A stretch of 64,000 nucleotides of DNA from a virus (Duplodnaviria > Caudoviricetes), in the IMG/VR virus record IMGVR_UViG_3300028595_000011, positions 451 to 64,450 of that record; one strand, given 5' to 3'. Each line of letters begins with the position of its first letter. The stretch's first letter is position 1. Under the pieces are notes generated by a model that made no database searches, was not told where the DNA came from, and worked only from the letters and a program-made list of their open reading frames with translations. Of the stretch, positions 18,825 through 27,531 are shown piece after piece. Position numbers and translations under genes: made by a program.

Positions 18825-19871
18825 TTACGCTAGTTTCTCCGCCTCTTCAACCTTCTCCCTGAGAAAGTGATAGAATTCTTCTCTATCTTTTCTGGACCTG
18901 ATCTCAGTAACAGACTCAAAACCAGACTGACCAAGCAGGTCATACGTAGTACGTTCAGCAGCCTGCTGTCCAATTGCCTCTGCGAGTCTGCTTGCCAGAC
19001 CATCGACAGCCTGTTGGAATTGGTTGTCTTCATCGCTGGAAATTCTTCCGCTTCCCTCGAAGCTTGGCTCCTCTTCCACAGCTTCTGCGTCCACAACCAG
19101 ATCTTCAAGCGTTGACTTAGGCTCTTCGACATCGACCTCTCCGGTTTCGGGGTCAACCCTTTCTTCAAGCAGCTTATGCAGCAGACCACGTTCGGCATAC
19201 TCGTCCGCCGTGACAGCGGCCTGAACATCCGGTGACAGTGGCAGGTACTTCATAAGCTTGCGAACTACTGTCTTGCGAGCCATCTCTTCAAAGTCCGTGA
19301 CCCAAGGTCCGCTCTCTCCGGCTCGGCTGCGCTTCCTGATCTTTTCTACATCATCATCATACATGACTTCGAACGCAACCTCACCACTCTCGGTGAATTT
19401 GGCAGCAGCATAGACAGCGTGGAACTTGCCGGGTTCTGCGCCGACAGCCCTGGCTGGTACGTGTGTGAGGAATGGGTCAGCCCCGTATCCATAGCTGAAG
19501 TCATCGCCCTCATACACGACCCTCGCTTGAATCCATGCGATCTTCCCGCTGCGTCTGGCTAGATCAATCAGGCCACGGTAGCCTGGAATAAACTTGGCAC
19601 TCTTGCCATACGGCAGGATGTAACCATGACCAAGCACACCATCAGGCAGCAGGCCGAGAGAACTCGCCTCCATCACAGCCTTCATAAGAGATGCCGGTTC
19701 ACAATCCAGAAGCTTGGGGGTTGTTGTGATTGCTGTCAAGAACACACGGCTCATCTTCTCTGCCGTGATGTGCGACGGCAGCGCACGCCTGAGATTATCC
19801 AATGTCTCAGGGTCGCTCACCAACTTCTTGATTGCAAAGAACTTCTCGTTTGCAGGTACGATCTGGCTCAT
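18825..19871 (-). CDS. recT: RecT single-strand annealing recombinase
   Basis: LLDCEPASLMKAVMEASSLGL..GYILPYG..GYRGLIDLARRSG..W..DFEEMARKTVV..LPLS. Confidence 0.93.
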   Translation of the reverse strand: MSQIVPANEKFFAIKKLVSDPETLDNLRRALPSHITAEKMSRVFLTAITTTPKLLDCEPASLMKAVMEASSLGLLPDGVLGHGYILPYGKSAKFIPGYRGLIDLARRSGKIAWIQARVVYEGDDFSYGYGADPFLTHVPARAVGAEPGKFHAVYAAAKFTESGEVAFEVMYDDDVEKIRKRSRAGESGPWVTDFEEMARKTVVRKLMKYLPLSPDVQAAVTADEYAERGLLHKLLEERVDPETGEVDVEEPKSTLEDLVVDAEAVEEEPSFEGSGRISSDEDNQFQQAVDGLASRLAEAIGQQAAERTTYDLLGQSGFESVTEIRSRKDREEFYHFLREKVEEAEKLA

Positions 19872-20818
19872 TTCTTCTCCTTCACCCTGCGTAGGGTTTT
19901 GAATGTGCCACCCTTGGTGACACCAGGTTTGCGTGTGACGGTACTGACCCTGAAAGATCCACTACCATCAGGGAGAAAGCCTTCAGTGGCATCGCCAATA
20001 GCCTGCCAGATCTTGGCTTCGGCGTCCTTCTTCACCCTCTCCCACTCCTTGATCTTTTCCTTTGCACCTTGGACTTGAGCCGCCCAATGGATCGAGTCTA
20101 ACGGTAGCTCGATTTGCTTATCAGGGTCCGGCTCCGCAATGCGCTTGACCAGATCCAGATCCAAAGCACCAGCTACTGGTTGCTCGTTGTTCTCCACCAT
20201 CTGCCAGAAGGTTTGAAGCTTCTGGAGCATGCCGCCAATGAATTTCTCACTGCGTTCCACTAAAGCCCAAGCAAACCGATTGCCACCAATCAGTGTTGCG
20301 ATGCAACCAATATCTGCACCCGCAACAAACATTTGATGCTGGCATTGGGCCTGGTACTTGATCGGCGCTTCTTCAGCCCACTGATCAGCTACCCAGGCGC
20401 TGCTGTTTTTTAGCTCTAGTGGTCCCCACTTACCATCAATACACACCCAGTAATCCAGATTAGCCTGCATGAAGGGGTACTCCGGATGGGCCAAAGTGCG
20501 TGGCTCGGGTCGAACCTCATAGCCGGTTCTTTCCCGAAACTCATCAGCGATAAGCGGCTCTAGTTTATGTCCAAAGTGGAATAGCTCCATGAGTTCTTCG
20601 GAGGGTTCATCATCGAAGATCCCTCGCTTGTCTGCCCACACCTCAAGTGCGGACCTGAAGGCCCCATCAGCACCTAGAATAGAAGGGGTATCGGACGCCC
20701 CTATTCCTCCACGGCGTGCCATAAGCCACTCATCTGATTGAACTTGGAACTCTCCAACCACAACAGGCTCATGCATCAACCCCGGAGGGAATAGCATTCC
20801 TTCAGTCCATTCACTCAT
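19868..20818 (-). CDS. YqaJ-like (lambda-exonuclease family) exonuclease
   Basis: WLMARRGGIGASD..GHKLEP..ANLD..LELK..YQAQCQHQM; adjacent to recT. Confidence 0.9.
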   Translation of the reverse strand: MSEWTEGMLFPPGLMHEPVVVGEFQVQSDEWLMARRGGIGASDTPSILGADGAFRSALEVWADKRGIFDDEPSEELMELFHFGHKLEPLIADEFRERTGYEVRPEPRTLAHPEYPFMQANLDYWVCIDGKWGPLELKNSSAWVADQWAEEAPIKYQAQCQHQMFVAGADIGCIATLIGGNRFAWALVERSEKFIGGMLQKLQTFWQMVENNEQPVAGALDLDLVKRIAEPDPDKQIELPLDSIHWAAQVQGAKEKIKEWERVKKDAEAKIWQAIGDATEGFLPDGSGSFRVSTVTRKPGVTKGGTFKTLRRVKEKK

Positions 20819-20827
20819 GTCTACTCC

Positions 20828-21127
20828 TCAGTCGATGAACTGTAGTTCTTCGACTATCTTCGTGCTTCTTGCAGCACGGGTTGCTCTCTCTTCGTTAATG
20901 TCTGGGAGATCTGGGGCAAGCACCTTCTGCCACATACCATATGCCCCACTCTCTTTCTTGATTGTAATCCTTGACGTTCTATATTGCACGCCGAATGTCT
21001 CACTCACATATTCAACCGTGACAAGGTGCAGCCTTGGGATGTGCTCCACTTCGCTGTTGATGGCGTACCCATAGAACAGGTAGACGCCCGGCTTCTTGGG
21101 CCACTTCGATGACCAGTCGTCACTCAT
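20828..21127 (-). CDS. Hypothetical protein
   Basis: WSSKWPKKPGVYLFY motif; ATGAGTGA-coupled start. Confidence 0.65.
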   Translation of the reverse strand: MSDDWSSKWPKKPGVYLFYGYAINSEVEHIPRLHLVTVEYVSETFGVQYRTSRITIKKESGAYGMWQKVLAPDLPDINEERATRAARSTKIVEELQFID

Positions 21128-21575
21128 CTTTCATTCTCCATCCTCGCCCGTTGCAGTCGGGGCATGGCTCTACCAACTCGCCGTTGATCTGCGATGCTTT
21201 GAGGTGGTCACACTCGACGATGTCAGCAAGGGCAAGAACCTCTTTAATTACTATGGCAAGGCTTGAGCAACGGTCGTCTCCAGCGATTTTGAGCTTTTCA
21301 ATATACTCCCACATCTTGTCGATGCGCTCGTAGGGGATGAAAATGGCGTCAACGTCGTTCATGGCGTCGATCTCTGCCTGAAGGATGGAAGCCGACGCCT
21401 CAGCCTGACCCTGATGGTACTCTGCAAGTTTGACCTGCTGCTCCAACTCCTCGATGCGGGCGCGGAGACGTTCGATCTCATCGGCGGCTTGCCCTTCGAC
21501 AGTGCTCTCGGGCGTCATCCAACACTCCCTTGCGGCCATCTCGCGCAAGGCTCTGATCAAAGCATCGTCACTCAT
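21120..21575 (-). CDS. Ead/Ea22-like mosaic coiled-coil protein
   Basis: AADEIERLRARIEELE segment; C-terminal CPDC. Confidence 0.65.
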   Translation of the reverse strand: MSDDALIRALREMAARECWMTPESTVEGQAADEIERLRARIEELEQQVKLAEYHQGQAEASASILQAEIDAMNDVDAIFIPYERIDKMWEYIEKLKIAGDDRCSSLAIVIKEVLALADIVECDHLKASQINGELVEPCPDCNGRGWRMKDE

Positions 21576-21784
21576 AGTCCGACCCTCGCAATTTTCCAGA
21601 GGAGCCAGAGAGGTGCGCCGATCGCAACAACGACGAGCAGAATCGCGATCATCGCGGGCCAGAAGAACGGAATGAGGATGATAGCCTCAAAGCTCATGTC
21701 CGCGAAATCATCCTCGGATCGAGCCTCGACGATGAACATGATTATGAAGAGAACCAGGACCGACCACAAATAGAATTCAATCAT
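21572..21784 (-). CDS. Small membrane protein
   Basis: Two hydrophobic segments, FFWP motif. Confidence 0.6.
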   Translation of the reverse strand: MIEFYLWSVLVLFIIMFIVEARSEDDFADMSFEAIILIPFFWPAMIAILLVVVAIGAPLWLLWKIARVGL

Positions 21785-22178
21785 CGCTCATCCTCCAGCC
21801 GCCCTCGCCGTCATCGACGATGCCGATGATTTCGAGGGCGCGCTCCATTCCCTGATGGTAGACAGGCTCCGCTCGCGTTTGAATCTTCGCCCACGCCTTG
21901 TCGATGCAGTCGTTGGGGATGGTGACGTGATCTTCCGGGTGGAAGGTTCGTAGTTCGTGAGCACGAAGGCGAACCTGCTCTGAAACCTTCGCCTCCAACT
22001 TCTCGATGCGGCGTCCCTTCTCCTCGTTCGCGTTCATCTCCAACAGAAGCTCTTTCTCCAACTCCTCGATGCGGGCGCGGAGGCGCTCGATCTCTTTCTT
22101 CGCCCCTCTGAGTTCACGCTGCGGTTGGACCACCTGCCTGTCCAGGGCTGCGTTCCAGCGGTCTGCATAGTCACTCAT
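21777..22178 (-). CDS. Ead/Ea22-like mosaic protein, paralog of 21120..21575
   Basis: GGAGG RBS at MSDYADRW; shared EIERLRARIEELE, IPxxxIDKxW and GWRM. Confidence 0.65.
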   Translation of the reverse strand: MSDYADRWNAALDRQVVQPQRELRGAKKEIERLRARIEELEKELLLEMNANEEKGRRIEKLEAKVSEQVRLRAHELRTFHPEDHVTIPNDCIDKAWAKIQTRAEPVYHQGMERALEIIGIVDDGEGGWRMSDD

Positions 22179-22266
22179 CGTCGTCCTCCTCCAAGCAGTC
22201 AAAGCAAATATCATCGACAGTATCCTCAACGGGAACTTCAGACCCACACCGACAACAAACAGTCAT
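22171..22266 (-). CDS. 31-aa Zn-finger peptide (MTVCCRCG...ICFDCLEEDDDE)
   Basis: Fills the gap, two CxxC, coupled stop/start; not in track. Confidence 0.55.
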   Translation of the reverse strand: MTVCCRCGSEVPVEDTVDDICFDCLEEDDDE

Positions 22267-22267
22267 T

Positions 22268-22459
22268 TCATCGCTCAATGGTTGCCTCCAATTCTCCGAT
22301 GCGGCGACGATGGGTTTTTATCTCCCTTCTGTATTGGTCAGGCAGGGCTTGGATACGTTCGTAGTGTTCCAACCGTATGAGAGCGTGAGTAGGGTTGTCG
22401 GTTTCTACAATTTTATTGTCAGGCGTTATCGACACTCGTCGTACGTCGTCGTCACTCAT
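22268..22459 (-). CDS. Hypothetical protein (MSDDDVRR...)
   Basis: GGAGG RBS, ATGAGTGA junction. Confidence 0.6.
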   Translation of the reverse strand: MSDDDVRRVSITPDNKIVETDNPTHALIRLEHYERIQALPDQYRREIKTHRRRIGELEATIER

Positions 22460-22652
22460 CGTCGGCCTCCATTTCATCGAGAATGTCAGGGGTGTATCGT
22501 TCAAGAGCAGACCTGAACCGACAATTCTCAGCGCGGAGACGTTCGATCTCCTTGGCCCCTTCTTCCAGCAGCGCCCCTGCTGGCAGGTAGTGCTGGTCGA
22601 TCATCTGATTGTTCTGTGCTTCATGGACCATGCGTTCTGGTAGGTCGCTCAT
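22452..22652 (-). CDS. Hypothetical protein (MSDLPERM...EIERLRA)
   Basis: GGAGG RBS; shared repeat. Confidence 0.6.
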   Translation of the reverse strand: MSDLPERMVHEAQNNQMIDQHYLPAGALLEEGAKEIERLRAENCRFRSALERYTPDILDEMEADDE

Positions 22653-22671
22653 TTTCATCCTCCAAGCATTC

Positions 22672-22794
22672 GAGGGGGGACGCCAAGGCAGTCCGGTAGT
22701 TCGACCCGCTCGGCCACCAAAGAAACTTGATGGGAGTGGGGAGGAACCTTTGTTTTATTTGTTTAACGCCCATCGGCGTGGCGCTACCCCCCTC
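22672..22794 (-). ncRNA. Candidate structured intergenic RNA
   Basis: Closing stem GAGGGGGG..CGCCA / TGGCG..CCCCCCTC, A-rich and anti-SD single strands, internal hairpin with G:U pairs on - strand. Confidence 0.4.
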
Positions 22795-22800
22795 TTATAA

Positions 22801-22959
22801 CTAGTTTGACCAAGTGATCTCGGCCAACACAACTTTGTATGTGCTAAGTCCAGCAGACTCAAAGCTTTCCTTTACTTCCTTCGCAGCTTCTGGATCTTCG
22901 AAAACATCAACGACTATATCGTCGTCACAGTCCACAAGAACCCACTGTCTACTCGTCAT
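22801..22959 (-). CDS. Small acidic protein (MTSRQWVLVD...)
   Basis: 52-aa ORF filling the gap; not in track. Confidence 0.5.
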   Translation of the reverse strand: MTSRQWVLVDCDDDIVVDVFEDPEAAKEVKESFESAGLSTYKVVLAEITWSN

Positions 22960-23446
22960 CTTCATTCTTGTCTACCCCCAAGGCCTGTTGAATTAGATCA
23001 AATGCTGAACCCATCTTAACGTCTTTCCAATCTACCTCAAGATATGTCCAGCCCTCAAGGTTTGCGAGGTTGCTCTTGTCCATGTCCCTGCGCCTGCCTT
23101 CAGGGGAATGGTGTGCGCCACCTAAGTAATGGACCTTGCCATCCTTTGAGCGGCGCACAACATAACTTCCTCCGTGGATCTCGACGAGTAGTCTTTCTGT
23201 AGGTATTGCGAGATCTGCACGGAACCTTCTCTTCGTAGAGAAAACATATTCAAGGTACAGAGTCGATGGCTTAACTTCCATTTTGGAATTCCAACGACCA
23301 CCAAACTCGATCCCCATTTGTTCTAGCTCAATGATCAGGTTCATTAGAGCCAAGTCTCTGTCACGCTTGGCTTTAGTATCTTTCCTCTTCATCCCCACTT
23401 TGCCAGCAAGACGGCGGAACTCTTCAAGCGTTGTGTTCTGATTCAT
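22949..23446 (-). CDS. PD-(D/E)xK endonuclease, DUF559/Vsr-like
   Basis: EYVF..RRFRADLA..LVEIHGG..H..DMDKSN..EGW. Confidence 0.75.
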   Translation of the reverse strand: MNQNTTLEEFRRLAGKVGMKRKDTKAKRDRDLALMNLIIELEQMGIEFGGRWNSKMEVKPSTLYLEYVFSTKRRFRADLAIPTERLLVEIHGGSYVVRRSKDGKVHYLGGAHHSPEGRRRDMDKSNLANLEGWTYLEVDWKDVKMGSAFDLIQQALGVDKNEDDE

Positions 23447-23621
23447 CTTTGACTCCCACAATAGGATACACAAAGACTTCACAGAATGCAATTGCGAAGA
23501 GGATCATGTCACACAGTGTGGACTTGATCCAGCGTAGCACTAAAAGAAAGAACGCTATCCAGAGGATGAAACCATAATAGATTGCGAAGAGTACGATGGG
23601 TGAAACTACCAGCAGTTTCAT
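23424..23621 (-). CDS. Small membrane protein
   Basis: Very hydrophobic 65-aa ORF; weak RBS. Confidence 0.4.
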   Translation of the reverse strand: MKLLVVSPIVLFAIYYGFILWIAFFLLVLRWIKSTLCDMILFAIAFCEVFVYPIVGVKDESEHNA

Positions 23622-23634
23622 CCAGGCACTTCCG

Positions 23635-23680
23635 AAAGAAAGGACCGCCGCTCCCAGCAGGATTGCCGGGAGCAGCAGTC
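23635..23680 (-). terminator. Intrinsic terminator
   Basis: 16-bp stem (G:U pairs on - strand) followed by CUUUCUUU. Confidence 0.7.
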
Positions 23681-23688
23681 GATTTAGG

Positions 23689-24126
23689 TTAGCAATAGTC
23701 CCGACTGAGGATCGGAGCGTTGCGGTTCACGAGCTTCTCCCAGGAGCGGGGGAAGGCCTTCTTGAACATGCCGTTGGCCCAGCGGGCGGCGTAACCGGCG
23801 GTGCCTTCCGAGGCCGAGGCCATCGGGAATTCACGATTGTCCTCAAGCGCCTCAGCAAAGAGGCGGAGGTAGGTCATAATGGCGAAGCCGGGGCGCAGGA
23901 CGATGGTGTCCTGGCCGGAGACGTAGAAGCCACCAGCGTTGGTGGGTTCGTCGCCATCGGTGTCCACGACGAGATCAATCTCGATCCCATATGCATCACA
24001 CAGCTCAGCGTGAAACACACGGATCTTCTCGACCCGCTCGTCGAAGTCTCCCGCCCACGGGCGGTCCTGTGCATACGCCTTCGCAGCAGCGAGTGCGTAG
24101 CGGTTGTGCTTGGCAACAAATTCCAT
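23689..24126 (-). CDS. Zincin-like protein with degenerate metal site
   Basis: AAGGAGGA RBS; GGFY..DTIVL..TYLRLFAEAL where HExxH would be expected. Confidence 0.5.
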   Translation of the reverse strand: MEFVAKHNRYALAAAKAYAQDRPWAGDFDERVEKIRVFHAELCDAYGIEIDLVVDTDGDEPTNAGGFYVSGQDTIVLRPGFAIMTYLRLFAEALEDNREFPMASASEGTAGYAARWANGMFKKAFPRSWEKLVNRNAPILSRDYC

Positions 24127-24192
24127 TTTGTATTCCTCCTTGGAATGGTTGGTTAGTCTTAGAACCGAGTTGTTCATTATGCACTCGCTACT

Positions 24193-24762
24193 CTAGCTCT
24201 CCTTTCTAACACCTCCCCTGTTTTCTAGGAGCCACATCGCCTCCCTCAACGCTATTGGATAGTCTTCCCTCGATGACCATACGATGCCCATCCGGGGGAA
24301 GCTGGATTCAATCCATGCCTTGCATAGATCAACCAGCTTGGCCAATGTAGTGCGGAGCATGGCAACCTCTAGCTCCTGTCCATGTTTGGGCGGGGCTGGC
24401 TCTTCGTTAGCCTCATCAACAGCCTCGGCAACAACTGCCCTGGCAAACTTTCTTGCCCTGGTAGATGCTCCCTTCGGTGTCAGCGCACCGCCCCATGACT
24501 TTCCTCGCCACAGCCTACCGTTGTAGATCATAGCGTAATGAGTGAAGTAGTTCTTCGCTTCCTCATTACCCATAAAGATTCGGTCGTTGTGTTTAACAGC
24601 CTGGCTATACACTATGCCATGCTCTGTAAACGTGATGCTCTCAAGCGAGATATCTGAAAGATCCATGCTCATCTTGCCCAGAGCCATCACGTTGCTTCGT
24701 GACAGGCCAGGTCGGAACTTGACAGACCACGGCTCCCAGAAGTAGCTCGCATCAGCAGACAT
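24193..24762 (-). CDS. Hypothetical protein
   Basis: 189-aa ORF, TAATG coupling. Confidence 0.65.
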   Translation of the reverse strand: MSADASYFWEPWSVKFRPGLSRSNVMALGKMSMDLSDISLESITFTEHGIVYSQAVKHNDRIFMGNEEAKNYFTHYAMIYNGRLWRGKSWGGALTPKGASTRARKFARAVVAEAVDEANEEPAPPKHGQELEVAMLRTTLAKLVDLCKAWIESSFPRMGIVWSSREDYPIALREAMWLLENRGGVRKES

Positions 24763-25118
24763 TAGTTCTCCTCACCCTCCGGCACGGTGGAATCAACAAT
24801 CTTCGCAACCATCTTGTTGCTGTTTTGTTCTGTGTATTCCACCATCTCCCTCATTGAATCCCCGTCAACCCCGAGGTTATGAAGGAACAGCATTTGAGCC
24901 AGAAGAATATCATGCCATACCAACCCGACATCCTTGTCGGATGAGGCAGGGAACCACTCAACCATGGATGCCTGACTTGCTGATGCCCCCTTGCCAATGA
25001 AGACAAATACAGCACCATCAATCAGACTTGCATCCTGTTGTTTGGTCATCTCCAAGAATGACTCAAGCATCATTACATATTCTGGTGTTACTTCCATTTT
25101 ACTCCCCGCTTCACTCAT
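24762..25118 (-). CDS. Hypothetical protein
   Basis: ATGA overlap, operon context. Confidence 0.6.
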   Translation of the reverse strand: MSEAGSKMEVTPEYVMMLESFLEMTKQQDASLIDGAVFVFIGKGASASQASMVEWFPASSDKDVGLVWHDILLAQMLFLHNLGVDGDSMREMVEYTEQNSNKMVAKIVDSTVPEGEEN

Positions 25119-26290
25119 GCGATGTTGAATGCCTGCTCAACATTCTGATACATTGAATGCTCTGTCATTGTGAAGGCTTTTGTAATTAGATCAGAGTCGA
25201 TACTCTGAATCACTTTGTCTGTCGGGAATTGAACATCCCCACTCTTTTTGATGATCGACCTTGCTCCAGCCTTCTTCTGTGCAAGAGCATATATGACCCT
25301 CAATGTTTCGTTAACTCCGGCGGAGTCAACACGCAACACACCCATACTGGAGAGTTGTTTTGCAAAGCTTGCGATCTCATCGTTGAACATTGAGTCAATG
25401 TAATCTGCACGATAAGAGTCTGCCATTTTTTCATCGAGGATCTGCATCGGATCTTCATTGAGCCTCAGGATCAACTGTAAGGCGAGGTTATCAGTTGAAA
25501 TTCCTAACTGAAGAAACTCACCAGATGGTGTGATCCTACATCCCAACTTTTTCATCACTTCCGTGTTGACACGCCCTCTAATAAAGTGCTTGCCTCTGTT
25601 GGCAAAGGATGGATTATCAGACATCTTGATCTTGAACACAAGCCCACCTTCATAGCGGACTATCGTGTTGGGTACGTTGTCTTTGATTTGCAGCAACATT
25701 CGAGCCTTGGCTGCGTGGGCAAGGCGATTGATGCTTATCTTAGTAGCCATCGCAAGCGTTGCAGCAGCCCTTACTTCATGGTCATCAATGTGTTCTGCAC
25801 GTATTGATGTGACACAATTACAAGATGGACAACAGTAAATATACTTTACCCCATAATTATCATCTGGCGGAAAAACTGACCCGGCTCGACACGAAGGATT
25901 GATGCACACTCCATATATCAGATCTTCATCCCCGTATCGTCTTTTCAAATTGTATGCCACAAGCTCATCGAATTGTTTGCAATCAAACAATTTTTGATGG
26001 AAGGCGACATACTCGGTTGGTGACATATGCGTTATCGCATTGATGCGTGCGATGTGTTCTCGTCTCTCGTCAAGAGAGCCAGTGAATCCATCTATCCACT
26101 CAATCTCTCTGTCGCCCCTCTGGGCCAGGAGATCAGCAACATCAAGCATGAATCCGCTCGTGTCTGGATGCCACCAGACAATGCCCGTATATTCACTCAG
26201 TGGTTGTTGGTATTCAGACCACCAGTACCACTGAATGGTTTTATGCATCCTCTTCCATCTGCCCCCATTTTCATGGGTTCCATTGTCCAT
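25115..26290 (-). CDS. Hypothetical protein with central Zn ribbon
   Basis: GAAAGGAG RBS; CINPSC..CPSC. Confidence 0.7.
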   Translation of the reverse strand: MDNGTHENGGRWKRMHKTIQWYWWSEYQQPLSEYTGIVWWHPDTSGFMLDVADLLAQRGDREIEWIDGFTGSLDERREHIARINAITHMSPTEYVAFHQKLFDCKQFDELVAYNLKRRYGDEDLIYGVCINPSCRAGSVFPPDDNYGVKYIYCCPSCNCVTSIRAEHIDDHEVRAAATLAMATKISINRLAHAAKARMLLQIKDNVPNTIVRYEGGLVFKIKMSDNPSFANRGKHFIRGRVNTEVMKKLGCRITPSGEFLQLGISTDNLALQLILRLNEDPMQILDEKMADSYRADYIDSMFNDEIASFAKQLSSMGVLRVDSAGVNETLRVIYALAQKKAGARSIIKKSGDVQFPTDKVIQSIDSDLITKAFTMTEHSMYQNVEQAFNIA

Positions 26291-26304
26291 AAACGAACTC
26301 CTTT

Positions 26305-27522
26305 CTATGCGTCTTGTTCACCGAAGTACAGCAGCCCATACTCCTGAACTATTTCCCAGTGATCTTGGATGTATGTCCTTTTGCTCTGACAGAATGGGCA
26401 GAGAACAGCTTTCTCTGTTCCACCACAACTGACCACTTCCCTGGTGTCTACTACACCATCATCTTCATGGAAGTATGAGGCACAGTCAAAGCACATCATG
26501 CCCTGGTCACTCCAGTCTGCCTCTTTTTCCAAGAAACCCCACCCCTGACTCTCAGTCTTGACAATCTTTTTGCTTTGACCTTCTTTGTCAAACAGCTTGT
26601 CAGCCTCGACTGTTGAGTCAGAGTCACAGTTGGGGCATCGGACAATTTCCTTGTAGCCCATGTCCCACTTAATAAGTCTCGATTCACCACGCTCGAAGTA
26701 TCCATGACAATCAACGCAGTAGTAGCTGATGTATTCCTTTGTGTTCTTGTCCTTGTCGGATCGAAGAACCTTCTTTGTTTCGGAACAATCTATACTAACA
26801 GCACACTTGTCCTTGTCGAACGCATTGGTTATTGGGTTTCCAGCAGCGCCACCATATCCATAGGTAGCCTTATTCTTGATCTGGTTTCGATTGTACTTAT
26901 AGTTCTTGCCATAGGTTATGGTCGAAGATTTGTATGGCTTCCAAAGCATATTGGAAAACCACACGTCCTTGTACCCCGACACCTGACCCCATGATCCTTG
27001 GTGCTCATTCACGATGGCAACATCACCGTTGCTATCCATGAACACCAGCTTGTTGCCACCGATGAACTTGCCGAGCATCTTATTGATAACACCAACACCG
27101 TCAAGTGTTTCAGTTGTGATGCCAGCCACAAGGTCTTCATGTAGTGGATGCAGGACATCCAGAATGAATGTTTCCGTGTCGCTAATGTCTTCATCCTTTG
27201 GCACATCAACGCAACTGAGTACCCCGTTGTGTGCCATGTAGACATCTTCGGTTACACCGAATGGATGAGTGTTCTCTGGTCGAACACTGCCGTGAGTTGC
27301 GATGCGAAAGTGGAGAACAACAGGGAGAGACTTGAATCTCTCCTTGCCCATGCGCTTGATGAATCGTTTCATCGAGCGCCATCGCATGAAGCCCTTCTTC
27401 ACATGCAACTCACCATCCTCAGCGAACATCAGGCCAGCGCCGTCGCTATTCTTTTTCCAGCACTGCTTCAGAACATCCATGTCTACATCCACATCAGATG
27501 GCTTGTAGACGATAACGCACAT
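26305..27522 (-). CDS. Class-II (Ntn) glutamine amidotransferase with C-terminal Zn ribbons
   Basis: Cys2 nucleophile, NSDGAG, HFRIATHG, HPF, HNG, SDT motifs. Confidence 0.9.
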   Translation of the reverse strand: MCVIVYKPSDVDVDMDVLKQCWKKNSDGAGLMFAEDGELHVKKGFMRWRSMKRFIKRMGKERFKSLPVVLHFRIATHGSVRPENTHPFGVTEDVYMAHNGVLSCVDVPKDEDISDTETFILDVLHPLHEDLVAGITTETLDGVGVINKMLGKFIGGNKLVFMDSNGDVAIVNEHQGSWGQVSGYKDVWFSNMLWKPYKSSTITYGKNYKYNRNQIKNKATYGYGGAAGNPITNAFDKDKCAVSIDCSETKKVLRSDKDKNTKEYISYYCVDCHGYFERGESRLIKWDMGYKEIVRCPNCDSDSTVEADKLFDKEGQSKKIVKTESQGWGFLEKEADWSDQGMMCFDCASYFHEDDGVVDTREVVSCGGTEKAVLCPFCQSKRTYIQDHWEIVQEYGLLYFGEQDA

Positions 27523-27531
27523 GCAATCTCC

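Larger units (their letters stand above)
21441..22550. repeat. Dispersed direct repeats encoding EIERLRA(RIEELE)
   Basis: 21441-21479 vs 22056-22094: 37/39 identical; 22531-22550 identical to 21460-21479. Confidence 0.85.

Noticed and set aside
21441-22550. CRISPR array or DGR template/variable repeats
   Set aside because: Repeats are in-frame coding and irregularly spaced, and no cas or reverse transcriptase gene is present.
22690-22715. tRNA-like GTTCGA
   Set aside because: No T-stem pairing or cloverleaf; no tRNA found by eye elsewhere.
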